From: Verrucomicrobiota bacterium
Lineage (GTDB): Bacteria; Verrucomicrobiota; Verrucomicrobiia; Limisphaerales; AAA164-E04
NCBI GenBank assembly: GCA_047947115.1
Contig: CP170459.1
Span: 3,968,001 to 4,032,000, forward strand
Reading direction: 5' to 3'
Length of the DNA: 64,000 bases
Below the pieces are notes generated by a model. The model was given only the letters and a program-made list of their open reading frames with translations, ran no database searches and was not told where the DNA came from. The position numbers and the translations under genes were made by a program. This document shows, piece by piece, positions 11,415 to 20,863 of the stretch (the first letter of the stretch is position 1; every line of letters begins with the position of its first letter).

Positions 11415-12575
11415 ATGAAAAACGTTGTTTTATTGGGAAGCACGGGATCCATCGGAACCAGCACGATCAAAGTTGCCCAGGACCTGCCGGATCAAATCCG
11501 ACTGGTGGGGCTGGCGGCCGGCGGCAATGTGGAACTTCTGGCCGAGCAGGCGAACCTCTTCAAGCCGAGGATCGTTTCCATCGCTGACGAACAATTGGTA
11601 CCCACCTTGCAGAACCAATTGAACGGAGATATCGAAATCTGCACAAGCGAAGAGGGCTTGATTCGTTTGGCCACCATGCCGGATGCGGATATCGTTTTGA
11701 TCGCCATCGTCGGCACGGCAGGATTGGAACCAGCATTGGCGGCAATACGCGCTGGAAAGGATATTGCCGTTGCATCCAAGGAGATTCTGGTAATGGCCGG
11801 GGAGATTGTCATGCGCGAGGCAAAACAGCATGGCGTCAAAGTGCTGGCTGTAGATTCCGAACATTCCGCGATCCTTCAATGTCTGGATGGCAAACCAAAT
11901 GATTCCATCCGTTCCATCTGGCTGACTGCTTCAGGCGGTCCGTTCCGGCAAACTCCCGCCGAGAAGTTCAAGGATATCACGGTTGAACAGGCCCTCAAGC
12001 ATCCTTCCTGGGTGATGGGACGTAAAATCACCATTGATTCGGCGACCATGTTTAACAAAGGGCTTGAGATGATCGAGGCTCGTTGGTTGTTTGATGTGGA
12101 GATGGCGCGGGTTAAAGTTGTTGTTCATCCTCAAAGTGTGGTTCATTCATTTGTGGAACATGTGGATGGGTCCATGATCGCCCAGATGTCCACACCTGAT
12201 ATGTGCCTGCCTATACAATATGCACTGACCTATCCGGAACGAGTCGCCAGTGACCGGGTGCAGACCTGTCTGGCATCGATTGGCCAGCTTCATTTTGAAG
12301 AACCTGACCTGGATCGATTCCCGGCCCTCCGACTTGCCGGAAGGGCAGGGGAAACCTGCGGCACCATGCCGGCTGTGTTCAATGCTGCCAATGAGATTGC
12401 GGTGGAGGCCTTTTGTGAACGACGTTTGTCCTTTCTGGGTATCACCGAACTGGTGGAAGCCGTCATGGACAGACATCAAACAGTTACGACACCGTCGCTT
12501 TCACAGATTCTTTCCGCTGATCAATGGGCGCGCGCAGAGGCATTGAAACTTGTCGAAGAGACCGGAGCCGTTTAA
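11415..12575 (+). CDS. dxr: 1-deoxy-D-xylulose 5-phosphate reductoisomerase
   Basis: LGSTGSIG, DSEHSA, TASGGPF, HP.W.MG.KITIDSA; start ATG 11415. Confidence 0.96.
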   Translation: MKNVVLLGSTGSIGTSTIKVAQDLPDQIRLVGLAAGGNVELLAEQANLFKPRIVSIADEQLVPTLQNQLNGDIEICTSEEGLIRLATMPDADIVLIAIVGTAGLEPALAAIRAGKDIAVASKEILVMAGEIVMREAKQHGVKVLAVDSEHSAILQCLDGKPNDSIRSIWLTASGGPFRQTPAEKFKDITVEQALKHPSWVMGRKITIDSATMFNKGLEMIEARWLFDVEMARVKVVVHPQSVVHSFVEHVDGSMIAQMSTPDMCLPIQYALTYPERVASDRVQTCLASIGQLHFEEPDLDRFPALRLAGRAGETCGTMPAVFNAANEIAVEAFCERRLSFLGITELVEAVMDRHQTVTTPSLSQILSADQWARAEALKLVEETGAV

Positions 12576-12605
12576 ACATATAAAGCATTTACCAAGTTAA
12601 GACTT

Positions 12606-13019
12606 ATGACGATTGAGGAGTTGATAGAGAATTTCGAGTTATTTGACGATTGGGAAGATCGGTATGCTTACCTGATGGATCTTGGAAAAAAGATGCCCAC
12701 CATGGAAGAAACAGATAAAACCGATGAAAATCGGGTCAAAGGATGTCAGGCGACGGTATGGCTGAAGGAAACCGTCGAATCAACAACTCCCCCCACAATC
12801 ACCTTTGTGGCCGACAGCAACTCTCAGATCGTCAAGGGCCTGGTTTCGATGTTACGCATGATGTTCTCCGGGAAAACACCAGAGGAAATCCTCTCAACGG
12901 ACGAACAGAGCGTGTTCAAGAAGCTGCAGTTGGACAGGCATTTGAGCCCTACCCGAAGCACCGGGTTGAACGCGATGGTTCAAAAAATCAAGGCCTTGGC
13001 TGAATCAGCCGGCCATTAA
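12606..13019 (+). CDS. sufE: SufE-family sulfur acceptor
   Basis: DWEDRY.YL..LG, V.GCQ..VW, LSP.R..GL. Confidence 0.9.
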   Translation: MTIEELIENFELFDDWEDRYAYLMDLGKKMPTMEETDKTDENRVKGCQATVWLKETVESTTPPTITFVADSNSQIVKGLVSMLRMMFSGKTPEEILSTDEQSVFKKLQLDRHLSPTRSTGLNAMVQKIKALAESAGH

Positions 13020-13730
13020 GTTGAAATTCTTGTGCAACACATTTAAGTTCAGATTCTTTCCCGGACAAAGTGTCTGCGCACCTTTGACTTCCTTGTGTCC
13101 GAAAAGCCTCAGATTGGCTTGTATCTGATCACTTGATTTCAGGTGCGACAACAGGCGGTGGAGACTGTCCATTTGTTTGGGTGATGGCCAGTGTTTTTGA
13201 AAATTGCCTACCAGGCAAATTCCAATCGAGTTGGCGTTAAACCAGGCATTGGCGACATGTCCGCCATCTTGTTGCTTTTCCCATCGGGGGCCCACTTCAA
13301 TTTCTCCATCGCCTGACTGCGTACCGTTTCCAATGACAAAGTGATAGGCTAAACCATTTTGCATGCCCCGACGAAGGTGGGTATTGTGAAAGCTCTTCGC
13401 TCCTCCTTGCGGGGTGGCGCTGTGATGCACCACAATATGGACCCATTTGTTCTTAATGATTGGGACACCGTCTATTTCTTGGGCGGCGGCGGCAGGCAAA
13501 GCTGACTTTATGGTCTCACGAATTTTCAAGGACTGGCCTGCCAGGATTCGGTCGGATTTCAACCTGTTGATGCGTTTCAGGTTGCTGACAGAGGTGTCAA
13601 ATTTGTTGGCAATACCGGAAAGCGTGTCCCCGCGGAGAACTTTGTATGTCGTGGGGGCTGCTATGCTGTCGAAAGTCCACATACTCCCGAGCAACAATCC
13701 TGCTTTTTGTATAAATTGACGTCTTTCCAT
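13005..13730 (-). CDS. LysM-domain N-acetylmuramoyl-L-alanine amidase (Amidase_2) with Tat-like signal
   Basis: MERRQFI signal; LysM YKV.RGDTLSGIA; IVVHHS, YHFVI, SIGICLVGNF, GH, CPG. Confidence 0.85.
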   Translation of the reverse strand: MERRQFIQKAGLLLGSMWTFDSIAAPTTYKVLRGDTLSGIANKFDTSVSNLKRINRLKSDRILAGQSLKIRETIKSALPAAAAQEIDGVPIIKNKWVHIVVHHSATPQGGAKSFHNTHLRRGMQNGLAYHFVIGNGTQSGDGEIEVGPRWEKQQDGGHVANAWFNANSIGICLVGNFQKHWPSPKQMDSLHRLLSHLKSSDQIQANLRLFGHKEVKGAQTLCPGKNLNLNVLHKNFNLMAG

Positions 13731-14057
13731 TGGATACTTCTAACCCTTAGAGACGCATCTCACCCTTCAAGCCACTTTCACGCGCCTAGTTCAAGATATT
13801 ACAATAATGAAAATGGACGGAAATTTCAAATTTTTATTCACAATGGACTGCATTATGCGGGCTAATGTTTCTACATGACTTTCTCTGGCATAACAGGTTG
13901 ATTGCCTTTTAACTCCCACCATCTTCGCGTGATGACATGGCCTTGAGCGCTCTGCTTTGCTAAATTATGTCACTCCTGACGCGCGGCTGATGAGGGATTG
14001 GCCATTCAAAACATTGCCAAAGAGTTCTCAACTTGTTATCCCTTGACTCGTTCCGTC

Positions 14058-14378
14058 ATGAATCAAAGTAACATTGAACAATCCGCCCTGCATGCGGCGA
14101 AGAAGGCTTATTGGAATGCCAACATCACGGTTGTGCTGATCCTTATGGGCATATGGTTTTTGTTTGGGTGTGTCCTGAGCATTTTTGCGGTGGACCAACT
14201 GAACCGGATGAAAATCGGAGGCTTTCCCCTCGGGTTCTGGATGGCACAGCAGGGGACCACCATTGCCTTCATTTTCGTTATTTTTGCTTACGTGCTTATC
14301 ATGAAACGATTGGATGTGAAATTTCTCAAGGAAGCGGGTATCAAAGAAAAGGATCTGCCACCTCCAGCCGAACATTAA
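14058..14378 (+). CDS. DUF4212 small membrane partner of the solute symporter
   Basis: AYW..N and GFPLGFWMAQQG motifs; directly upstream of the SSS gene. Confidence 0.85.
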   Translation: MNQSNIEQSALHAAKKAYWNANITVVLILMGIWFLFGCVLSIFAVDQLNRMKIGGFPLGFWMAQQGTTIAFIFVIFAYVLIMKRLDVKFLKEAGIKEKDLPPPAEH

Positions 14379-14427
14379 TTCGCAACACACATTCGTTTAA
14401 ACTTCTCAGGACACCTTTTTTCACTTC

Positions 14428-16212
14428 ATGGACATCCAAGCCTGGACTTATCTCATCGTTGGCATTTCCTTTGCCTTGTATATCGGTATTGCGTTCGTTA
14501 CTCGCGTTCGAAGCACCTCGGGGTTTTACGTTGCGGGGCACGGGGTGCCGGCCATTTTCAACGGCATGGCTACCGGAGCGGACTGGATGAGTGCCGCGTC
14601 GTTTATTTCAATGGCGGGTATCATCTCGTTCACTGGATACACCGGTTCGGTTTATTTGATCGGTTGGACTGGTGGATATGTGTTGTTGGCTCTTTTGCTT
14701 GCGCCATATCTGCGCAAGTTCGGGAAATACACGGTGCCTGACTTTGTCGGGGATCGTTACTATTCCTCCGTAGCACGACTGGTGGCGGTGCTTTGTGCGA
14801 TCTTCGTGTCATTTACCTATGTTGCCGGTCAAATGCGCGGAGTCGGGGTGGTGTTTTCCCGTTTTCTGGAAGTGGACATCAATACAGGTGTGATCATCGG
14901 AATGGTTCTGGTGTTCATCTATGCAACCCTGGGAGGCATGAAAGGGATCACCTACACTCAGGTGGCGCAGTATGTGGTTTTGATCATTGCCTATCTGATT
15001 CCCGCCATCGCGATTTCACACGTGATGACCGGCCACTGGATTCCGCAGATTGGATTCGGGGCAAAGATAACCGGAGGTGAAAATGCTGGAATCTACCTGC
15101 TGGAAGCCATCGATCAGATCCATCAGGATTTGGGGTTTCCGGAATACACGGCTTCCTTTGTGCCCGGGCACAAGTCCATGATTGATATGTTCGCGGTCAC
15201 ACTGGCTTTGATGGTGGGCACCGCCGGTCTGCCTCATGTCATTATCCGGTTTTATACGGTTAAAAATGTTCATGCTGCACGTTGGAGCGCCTTTTGGGCA
15301 TTGCTTTTCATCGGCATCCTTTACACCACCGCACCGGCCATTGCGACTTTTGCGCGTGTGAACCTGATCCAAACACTTCATGAGAAAACCTACGAACAAC
15401 GTCCTCAGTGGTTCAAAAGCTGGGAGCGGACGGGGTTGATCGCCTGGGTGGACAAGAATGGAGATGGTAAAATTCAGTATCACAACGGTATCGCTTTTGA
15501 TGGGAAACCCGAGTTGCAAAAAAATGAAGATGGTTCTCCAGTCCTGGGTTCCTTCCAGGAACCCTTGCTGACCAACACCATCAGCGATGGCGCCAACGAA
15601 CTTTATGTGGATCGCGACATCATGGTGCTTGCCAACCCAGAAATCGCAAACCTGCCCGCTTGGGTGGTGGCCTTGGTGGCTGCCGGCGGGCTCGCTGCGG
15701 CCTTGTCAACCGCCGCAGGTTTACTGTTGGTCATTTCTTCTTCCATGTCGCATGATCTTGGGAAATGCATTCTTAATCCCAACATGTCCGAAAAACAGGA
15801 ACTCAGGTGGGCAAGGTTCGCAGCCGGTGGTGCGGTTATCCTGGCTGGTTATTTCGGTATCAATCCGCCCGGTTTTGTGGCTCAGGTGGTTGCTTTCGCC
15901 TTCGGACTGGCTGCCAGCAGTTTTTTCCCGGTGATCATTCTCGGTATCTTCAGCAAGCGCACGACAAAAGAAGGGGCGATTGCGGGGATGCTGACCGGAT
16001 TGGGCTTCACGACTGCCTATATTTATTACTTCAAGTTTCACAATCCCGGCGCCGGTCCTGATCAATGGTGGTTCGGCATCAGCCCGGAAGGTATCGGTTC
16101 ACTGGGGATGGTGATCAATTTTGTGGTAACACTGGTTGTCACCGCAGTGACGCCTGCACCGCCTCAGGAAGTTCAGGATCAGGTTGAAAACTTACGTTAT
16201 CCAAGTGTTTGA
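14428..16212 (+). CDS. Sodium:solute symporter (ActP-like, probable acetate/monocarboxylate uptake)
   Basis: DWMSAASF, GWTGGY, FGKYTVPDF, GTAGLPHVIIRFYT. Confidence 0.88.
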   Translation: MDIQAWTYLIVGISFALYIGIAFVTRVRSTSGFYVAGHGVPAIFNGMATGADWMSAASFISMAGIISFTGYTGSVYLIGWTGGYVLLALLLAPYLRKFGKYTVPDFVGDRYYSSVARLVAVLCAIFVSFTYVAGQMRGVGVVFSRFLEVDINTGVIIGMVLVFIYATLGGMKGITYTQVAQYVVLIIAYLIPAIAISHVMTGHWIPQIGFGAKITGGENAGIYLLEAIDQIHQDLGFPEYTASFVPGHKSMIDMFAVTLALMVGTAGLPHVIIRFYTVKNVHAARWSAFWALLFIGILYTTAPAIATFARVNLIQTLHEKTYEQRPQWFKSWERTGLIAWVDKNGDGKIQYHNGIAFDGKPELQKNEDGSPVLGSFQEPLLTNTISDGANELYVDRDIMVLANPEIANLPAWVVALVAAGGLAAALSTAAGLLLVISSSMSHDLGKCILNPNMSEKQELRWARFAAGGAVILAGYFGINPPGFVAQVVAFAFGLAASSFFPVIILGIFSKRTTKEGAIAGMLTGLGFTTAYIYYFKFHNPGAGPDQWWFGISPEGIGSLGMVINFVVTLVVTAVTPAPPQEVQDQVENLRYPSV

Positions 16213-16260
16213 TAAAATTTGAGGTTGATTCGGAGTGCTTCCGGGTTACATCAGAAAGTC

Positions 16261-17817
16261 ATGACAGTACTTACCGGTCCTTCCAAACGCCCCACCCGTT
16301 GGTGGCCGTTCATAGGCATTCTATGCTTTGCCTGCGCAGCCCTTGTTTACGTCTGGAATTTTCGTGATGTTCCGCGCCAGGAAAAGAATATCAACTCAGC
16401 CGTCATAGGGATTGCCACTCTGGCGCTTTCTTTGATTTGGTGGACTTTGTTTTCCCGTATCAAATGGCGGGTGCGCATTGCCGGGGTTATCCTGGTGGCG
16501 GCTTGTCTTGTAGTCGGTTCCCAATTGTTTGAAATTACGGGCGTTTCCGGTGACCTGGTGCCCATCATTGGCCTTAAATCCAGTTCGGGATCCAGCGCTT
16601 CACTGCCTTCAAATCCACCCGTACAGATCAAGCCGGACGATATGCCTCCTCTCGATCTGATCGAAAGGCCGTTTACACAATTCCTCGGAAGCGATCGGAA
16701 CACTCAAATCAAAGGGCTAAATGCGAGTCCTGATCATATCCAAAAAATCCCCAAAGAAATCTGGAGACAACCTATCGGCGATGCCTGGTCGGGGTTTGTC
16801 GCCATGGAAGGTTTTGTTTACACGCAGGAGCAGACCGTAGATCAGGAATCGGTGACATGCTACGCGGTCCATAATGGCAAGTTGATTTGGCGTTATGATT
16901 ATCCGGCTGCTTATGAATCGGTCATCGCAGGGTCCGGACCTCGCTCCACGCCGGCTTTGACCGAAAACCGAATCATCGCTGTTGGAAGCACCGGGCAGTT
17001 GACTTGTCTGGATCGTTCCTCTGGGGAATTGATCTGGTCTCATTCGGTTGTGGAAGACAACAGCGCAAAAGTTCCTGAATGGGGCTTCAGTCCTTCCCCG
17101 TTGATCTGGCAGGAGAAGGTCATCGTGCCTTCCGGCATGCAGGGTCAGGATGGTTTGCGTGTGTATGCATTGGATACAGGTGAACTGGAGAGATCCTATC
17201 CCCAAGTGCCATCCAGTTACAGCTCACCGATTGTCACAACGATTGCCGACCATGAAATAATCCTTTATTTCCACGATCGAGGCCTGGCGGCGTTCGCGAC
17301 CGATACGGACCAGAAAATCTGGGATCATCCCTGGGGAACGAGTCACCCCGATGTCGCGCTTCCTGTTGTGCTTTCAAATAACCGGGTGTTTATCTCCAGC
17401 GGTTACGGAGTCGGGTGCGCTTTGCTGGAAATTCAATCGACTGAGACAGGAAATTGGACCATTGAAGAGCGTTGGAAAACCATGGGGATGAAAGCCAAGT
17501 TCACCAATGTCGTGGAACGGGATGGATATATTTACGGACTGGATGACGGGATCATGGCGTGTGTCAATCTGGAAACCGGGGAACGCCAATGGAAGCAAGG
17601 ACGATATGGCCATGGCCAAATACTGACTCTGGACAATGCCATCCTGCTCCTCACCGAACGAGGCGACATCGTCTGGCTGGAAATCAATCCAACACAAGCC
17701 AAAGAACTGAACCGCTGGCACGCCATCGATGGCAAAACCTGGAATCCACCGTGCCTGGCCTGGCCATACCTGTTGGTGCGAAACAACCAGGAAGCGGTTT
17801 GTTTCCAATTTGAATGA
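16261..17817 (+). CDS. Membrane-anchored PQQ-like (BamB-type) beta-propeller protein
   Basis: Three N-terminal TM segments, repeated G.L.W blades, GPRSTP, KTWNPP. Confidence 0.8.
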   Translation: MTVLTGPSKRPTRWWPFIGILCFACAALVYVWNFRDVPRQEKNINSAVIGIATLALSLIWWTLFSRIKWRVRIAGVILVAACLVVGSQLFEITGVSGDLVPIIGLKSSSGSSASLPSNPPVQIKPDDMPPLDLIERPFTQFLGSDRNTQIKGLNASPDHIQKIPKEIWRQPIGDAWSGFVAMEGFVYTQEQTVDQESVTCYAVHNGKLIWRYDYPAAYESVIAGSGPRSTPALTENRIIAVGSTGQLTCLDRSSGELIWSHSVVEDNSAKVPEWGFSPSPLIWQEKVIVPSGMQGQDGLRVYALDTGELERSYPQVPSSYSSPIVTTIADHEIILYFHDRGLAAFATDTDQKIWDHPWGTSHPDVALPVVLSNNRVFISSGYGVGCALLEIQSTETGNWTIEERWKTMGMKAKFTNVVERDGYIYGLDDGIMACVNLETGERQWKQGRYGHGQILTLDNAILLLTERGDIVWLEINPTQAKELNRWHAIDGKTWNPPCLAWPYLLVRNNQEAVCFQFE

Positions 17818-17852
17818 ATCTGAAAGGGCTTATTCATTATTTAGTTCATGGA

Positions 17853-18464
17853 GGGTTGATCCCGCATCCGCGCATGCGCGTCAGGATAAAGAAACCAAGC
17901 TATAGTCCCTGCGGTTCCCAATAGGTAGCTAATGTTCATCTTACATTTTCTTCCTGCATTCTTTGTTACCCACTGCTTCGCGTCTTTGCGCCTCCTCGCC
18001 TTTGCGATAAAAACAGGCAATCATTGTGAAAGCTTCGTGACCTATAAAAAGGTTCCGAGGAAATCTCGCTAGCGTATAAAAGGATCGTACTGAATTTGAT
18101 TCCCAATTGATGAATCCGTCCCCCTCAATCCGGATGAGCGCCAAGACGCAAAGATCGCCAGGAGCGCAAAGATTTCTGTGAATCACGCTCTTCAGGAAAA
18201 CCATATCAGAAGTGTATTCGCAACTGATCACGCATTCACTTTAACCATATCTTCGTGACCTTGGTTCGTTGTAAAATGAAAAACTTACCTTTTGGTTTAA
18301 AACGAGCTGCACAACTGCATGCCATTATCCTGACGCGCATGCGCGGGACGGGTGCATTTCAATTCCTTCTAAGAATTTAATTGTGAGCCGAGAGCCATAG
18401 AAATCCTTGATTTTCTGCTCCTTCAAGGAATCAAGTGAGATGCGCCCAATGCGGGACTCACCCC
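17853..18464. repeat. Nested inverted repeats (MITE/REP-like)
   Basis: Perfect 22-bp IR CCGCGCATGCGCGTCAGGATAA at 17868-17889 and 18325-18346; outer imperfect IR at 17853-17867 and 18449-18464; inner CTTTGCG/CGCAAAG arrays. Confidence 0.75.
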
Positions 18465-18592
18465 AAACTTTCCCCTTGAAAACGTTTTTAAACAAAAGAA
18501 ATGGAACGCGGGGAGAGAGTCATTCATCGAATGACTGTGGTGTTTCCATTGTAGCTTGAAAAGGGTTTAAATGCACGAAAGTTTGAAGTGGG
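18461..18592 (-). repeat. Diverged copy of the ~160-bp intergenic repeat (family A)
   Basis: Reverse complement reads CCACTTCAAAC...TTTCAAGCTACAATGGAAACACCACAGTCATTCGAT...CCCGCGTTCCA, matching the units at 31331-31812. Confidence 0.75.
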
Positions 18593-18689
18593 CGCAAAGC
18601 CGAATTTGGATGTCTATTTTTGAACTGCACCCATCCTGCGACAACTGGGGTATTGCCTGTTGATTCTTACGGGATAATCGGGTTAAAAT

Positions 18690-18947
18690 TTGCTTGTGAC
18701 GGTAACTTTTCCTGACAGTATCGCTGAGGAAATTCACCTTACTCCTGAAACTGTATTGCTTGACGTCGCCATTGGGATTTACAAGCGCGAGCAGTGGTCG
18801 ATGGGGCGTTGCGGGCGAATTGTCGGAATGACTCGAGCACAATTTCAGGAGGAATTGGAAAAAAGAGAAATTCCAATTAACTACGGTGCAACTGACTTCG
18901 ATCAGGATATAACAACCATGGAATCGTTGTGTACTGACCTGACATGA
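18690..18947 (+). CDS. UPF0175-family protein (putative antitoxin, HTH)
   Basis: AI..Y.....S.G......G..R..F..EL..R.IPI.Y...D...D pattern; 85 aa. Confidence 0.8.
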   Translation: MLVTVTFPDSIAEEIHLTPETVLLDVAIGIYKREQWSMGRCGRIVGMTRAQFQEELEKREIPINYGATDFDQDITTMESLCTDLT

Positions 18948-20419
18948 TACTCACCAGGTGGCGTCAATGGATGGCTCGAATAGGGCCGGGAGCGATTGTG
19001 GCGTCGCTGACCATCGGGTCCGGTGAGTTGGTCTTTTCTTCGCGAGCCGGGTCCCTCTTCGGATACCACATTCTTTTCGTATTTCTGTTGATTTGTCTTT
19101 TGAAATGGGTGCTGATTTATACCACCGGACGACAGATCATCATCACCGGGCAACACCCTCTGGAAAGTTGGAACCAATTACCGGGACCTGCCGGGTGGTT
19201 GCCGATGACTTTTCTCATGCTGGCTGTTCCGTGCTTTCCTATCTGGATCGCATTCCATGCTTCCACGGTGGGAACTTTGCTGGCCCACTTAACAGACACC
19301 TCCGGAGCCCTGGTCTATGTGTGGGCTTCAGGAGTCCTTGGATCGGTCGTGTTTTTGTCATTGCTGGGGAACTATCAAAAACTGGAACGTTTCCAGATGA
19401 TCATTGTCGGTTTGATGCTGGTGATGATTCTTTTCGCTGTCTTCCTACTCAAGCCCGATTGGTTTGATGTAGCGAAAGGGATGATGTGGCCGGGAACGTA
19501 TCAGTATCCGGACTGGATCGATCGATTTCCCTCCTTCGAAGATCGCCCTGTGTGGGTGGAGTTGACCACTTATGTTGGCATCGTTGGGGGTTCCAGTTAT
19601 GACTACCTTTGCTATGTGGCTTTCATTCGTGAAAAAGGGTGGGGGAATGCGGCGGTCGGTTGTGAAGTGGTGGCGGCGGAGCATGTGAACGGGAACGATA
19701 TCAAGAGAAACCCTCGCGTGGAGGAAGGCCTACGGAATCTAAGATGGGACAGCGTGATCAGTTTTGCCTGTGTGTTTTTGTTCAGTGTGGTCTTTGTGAT
19801 ATGCGGGCACCTGGTTCTGGCTCCTCAGCAAATGACGCCGACAGGTGGCGATTTATTGACCGTGCAGGCAGTTTTTGTCTCCGATGCCTATCCGGGATTG
19901 AGAGTTTTATATTTTGCGGGCGCTTTTTTGGCCATGTACGGAACCCTCTACGGCACATTGGAAGTGGGGCCCACCATTGTGAAGGAAATGGCTCAAGCCC
20001 TGCGGTGGGAAAAACTTATCAACCACCCGAAAGAATGGAGACAGCGATCATTGATCGTATTTTCAACAGGAGCTTTCCTGGTGATCCTGGCCTTGTTCAC
20101 GCAGCAAATCTTCAGCCCGGACAAAAAGTCCATACAATTCGTCTGGATTCTCACTCCCGCCAATCTTTTCACCGGTGTGATGGGATGTGGTTTGATCCTG
20201 ATTTCCACTCTGTGGGTGGCTTTTGTTTCTTCGAAAAAGAACCCGGGGTTCCTGGCAAAAGCCTGGATACCGATGATGCTGCTTGGTGCCGTTTTCTTTA
20301 TCGGTCTTGGCCTGAAAGGATATTGGGACCACAGCGGGTTAAGTTCACTGATGATCCTCGCAAGCTCCATCATTGTCGGCGTGGTCTGCGCGAAGTTGAA
20401 CAACCGCAGACTCGGCTGA
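18944..20419 (+). CDS. Nramp-like (APC superfamily) transporter
   Basis: IGPG...IGSGE...G..FGY N-terminal motif; about 11 TM segments. Confidence 0.75.
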   Translation: MILTRWRQWMARIGPGAIVASLTIGSGELVFSSRAGSLFGYHILFVFLLICLLKWVLIYTTGRQIIITGQHPLESWNQLPGPAGWLPMTFLMLAVPCFPIWIAFHASTVGTLLAHLTDTSGALVYVWASGVLGSVVFLSLLGNYQKLERFQMIIVGLMLVMILFAVFLLKPDWFDVAKGMMWPGTYQYPDWIDRFPSFEDRPVWVELTTYVGIVGGSSYDYLCYVAFIREKGWGNAAVGCEVVAAEHVNGNDIKRNPRVEEGLRNLRWDSVISFACVFLFSVVFVICGHLVLAPQQMTPTGGDLLTVQAVFVSDAYPGLRVLYFAGAFLAMYGTLYGTLEVGPTIVKEMAQALRWEKLINHPKEWRQRSLIVFSTGAFLVILALFTQQIFSPDKKSIQFVWILTPANLFTGVMGCGLILISTLWVAFVSSKKNPGFLAKAWIPMMLLGAVFFIGLGLKGYWDHSGLSSLMILASSIIVGVVCAKLNNRRLG

Positions 20420-20425
20420 ATGATC

Positions 20426-20815
20426 TTAGACAGATTCCAAAATCATGTTTCCATAGGCTGTCGTGTCGCCCGTGCGAATCAATCCGATGGCGTGAGGTAC
20501 CCGTTTTTTGAATTCAATGTGCGGCTCAAAGGTGCGCTGAATGCCCCGGCATGCGGTTTCGAATTCACGGAGTTTATCGTCAGGATTGGTGCTCTTGAAT
20601 TCCTCTGCCATGAAGATCTCACCGCATTTCCAATTCGGCAATATTGCGTCGAGAACCTGAGTGATGGTGGGAATTCCACGCACCAGGGTCAGGTCGACTG
20701 TCTCAATCATATTCCAAAAAGGAAAGGCCGCGTCTGCAATGACAAGCGTGTTGGTGTGACGGATCCTTGAAATCAGGGAGAGCAAGTTTGGATTGATGAT
20801 TCCTTCAATAAGCAT
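20426..20815 (-). CDS. RbsD/FucU-family sugar pyranase/mutarotase
   Basis: H...LVIADA.FP, H.EFK, IRTGD...YGN. Confidence 0.85.
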   Translation of the reverse strand: MLIEGIINPNLLSLISRIRHTNTLVIADAAFPFWNMIETVDLTLVRGIPTITQVLDAILPNWKCGEIFMAEEFKSTNPDDKLREFETACRGIQRTFEPHIEFKKRVPHAIGLIRTGDTTAYGNMILESV

Positions 20816-20863
20816 GTCGGGAGCCTAAATGAGCTCTTATGATATGGCAATCCCTGTTAATGC

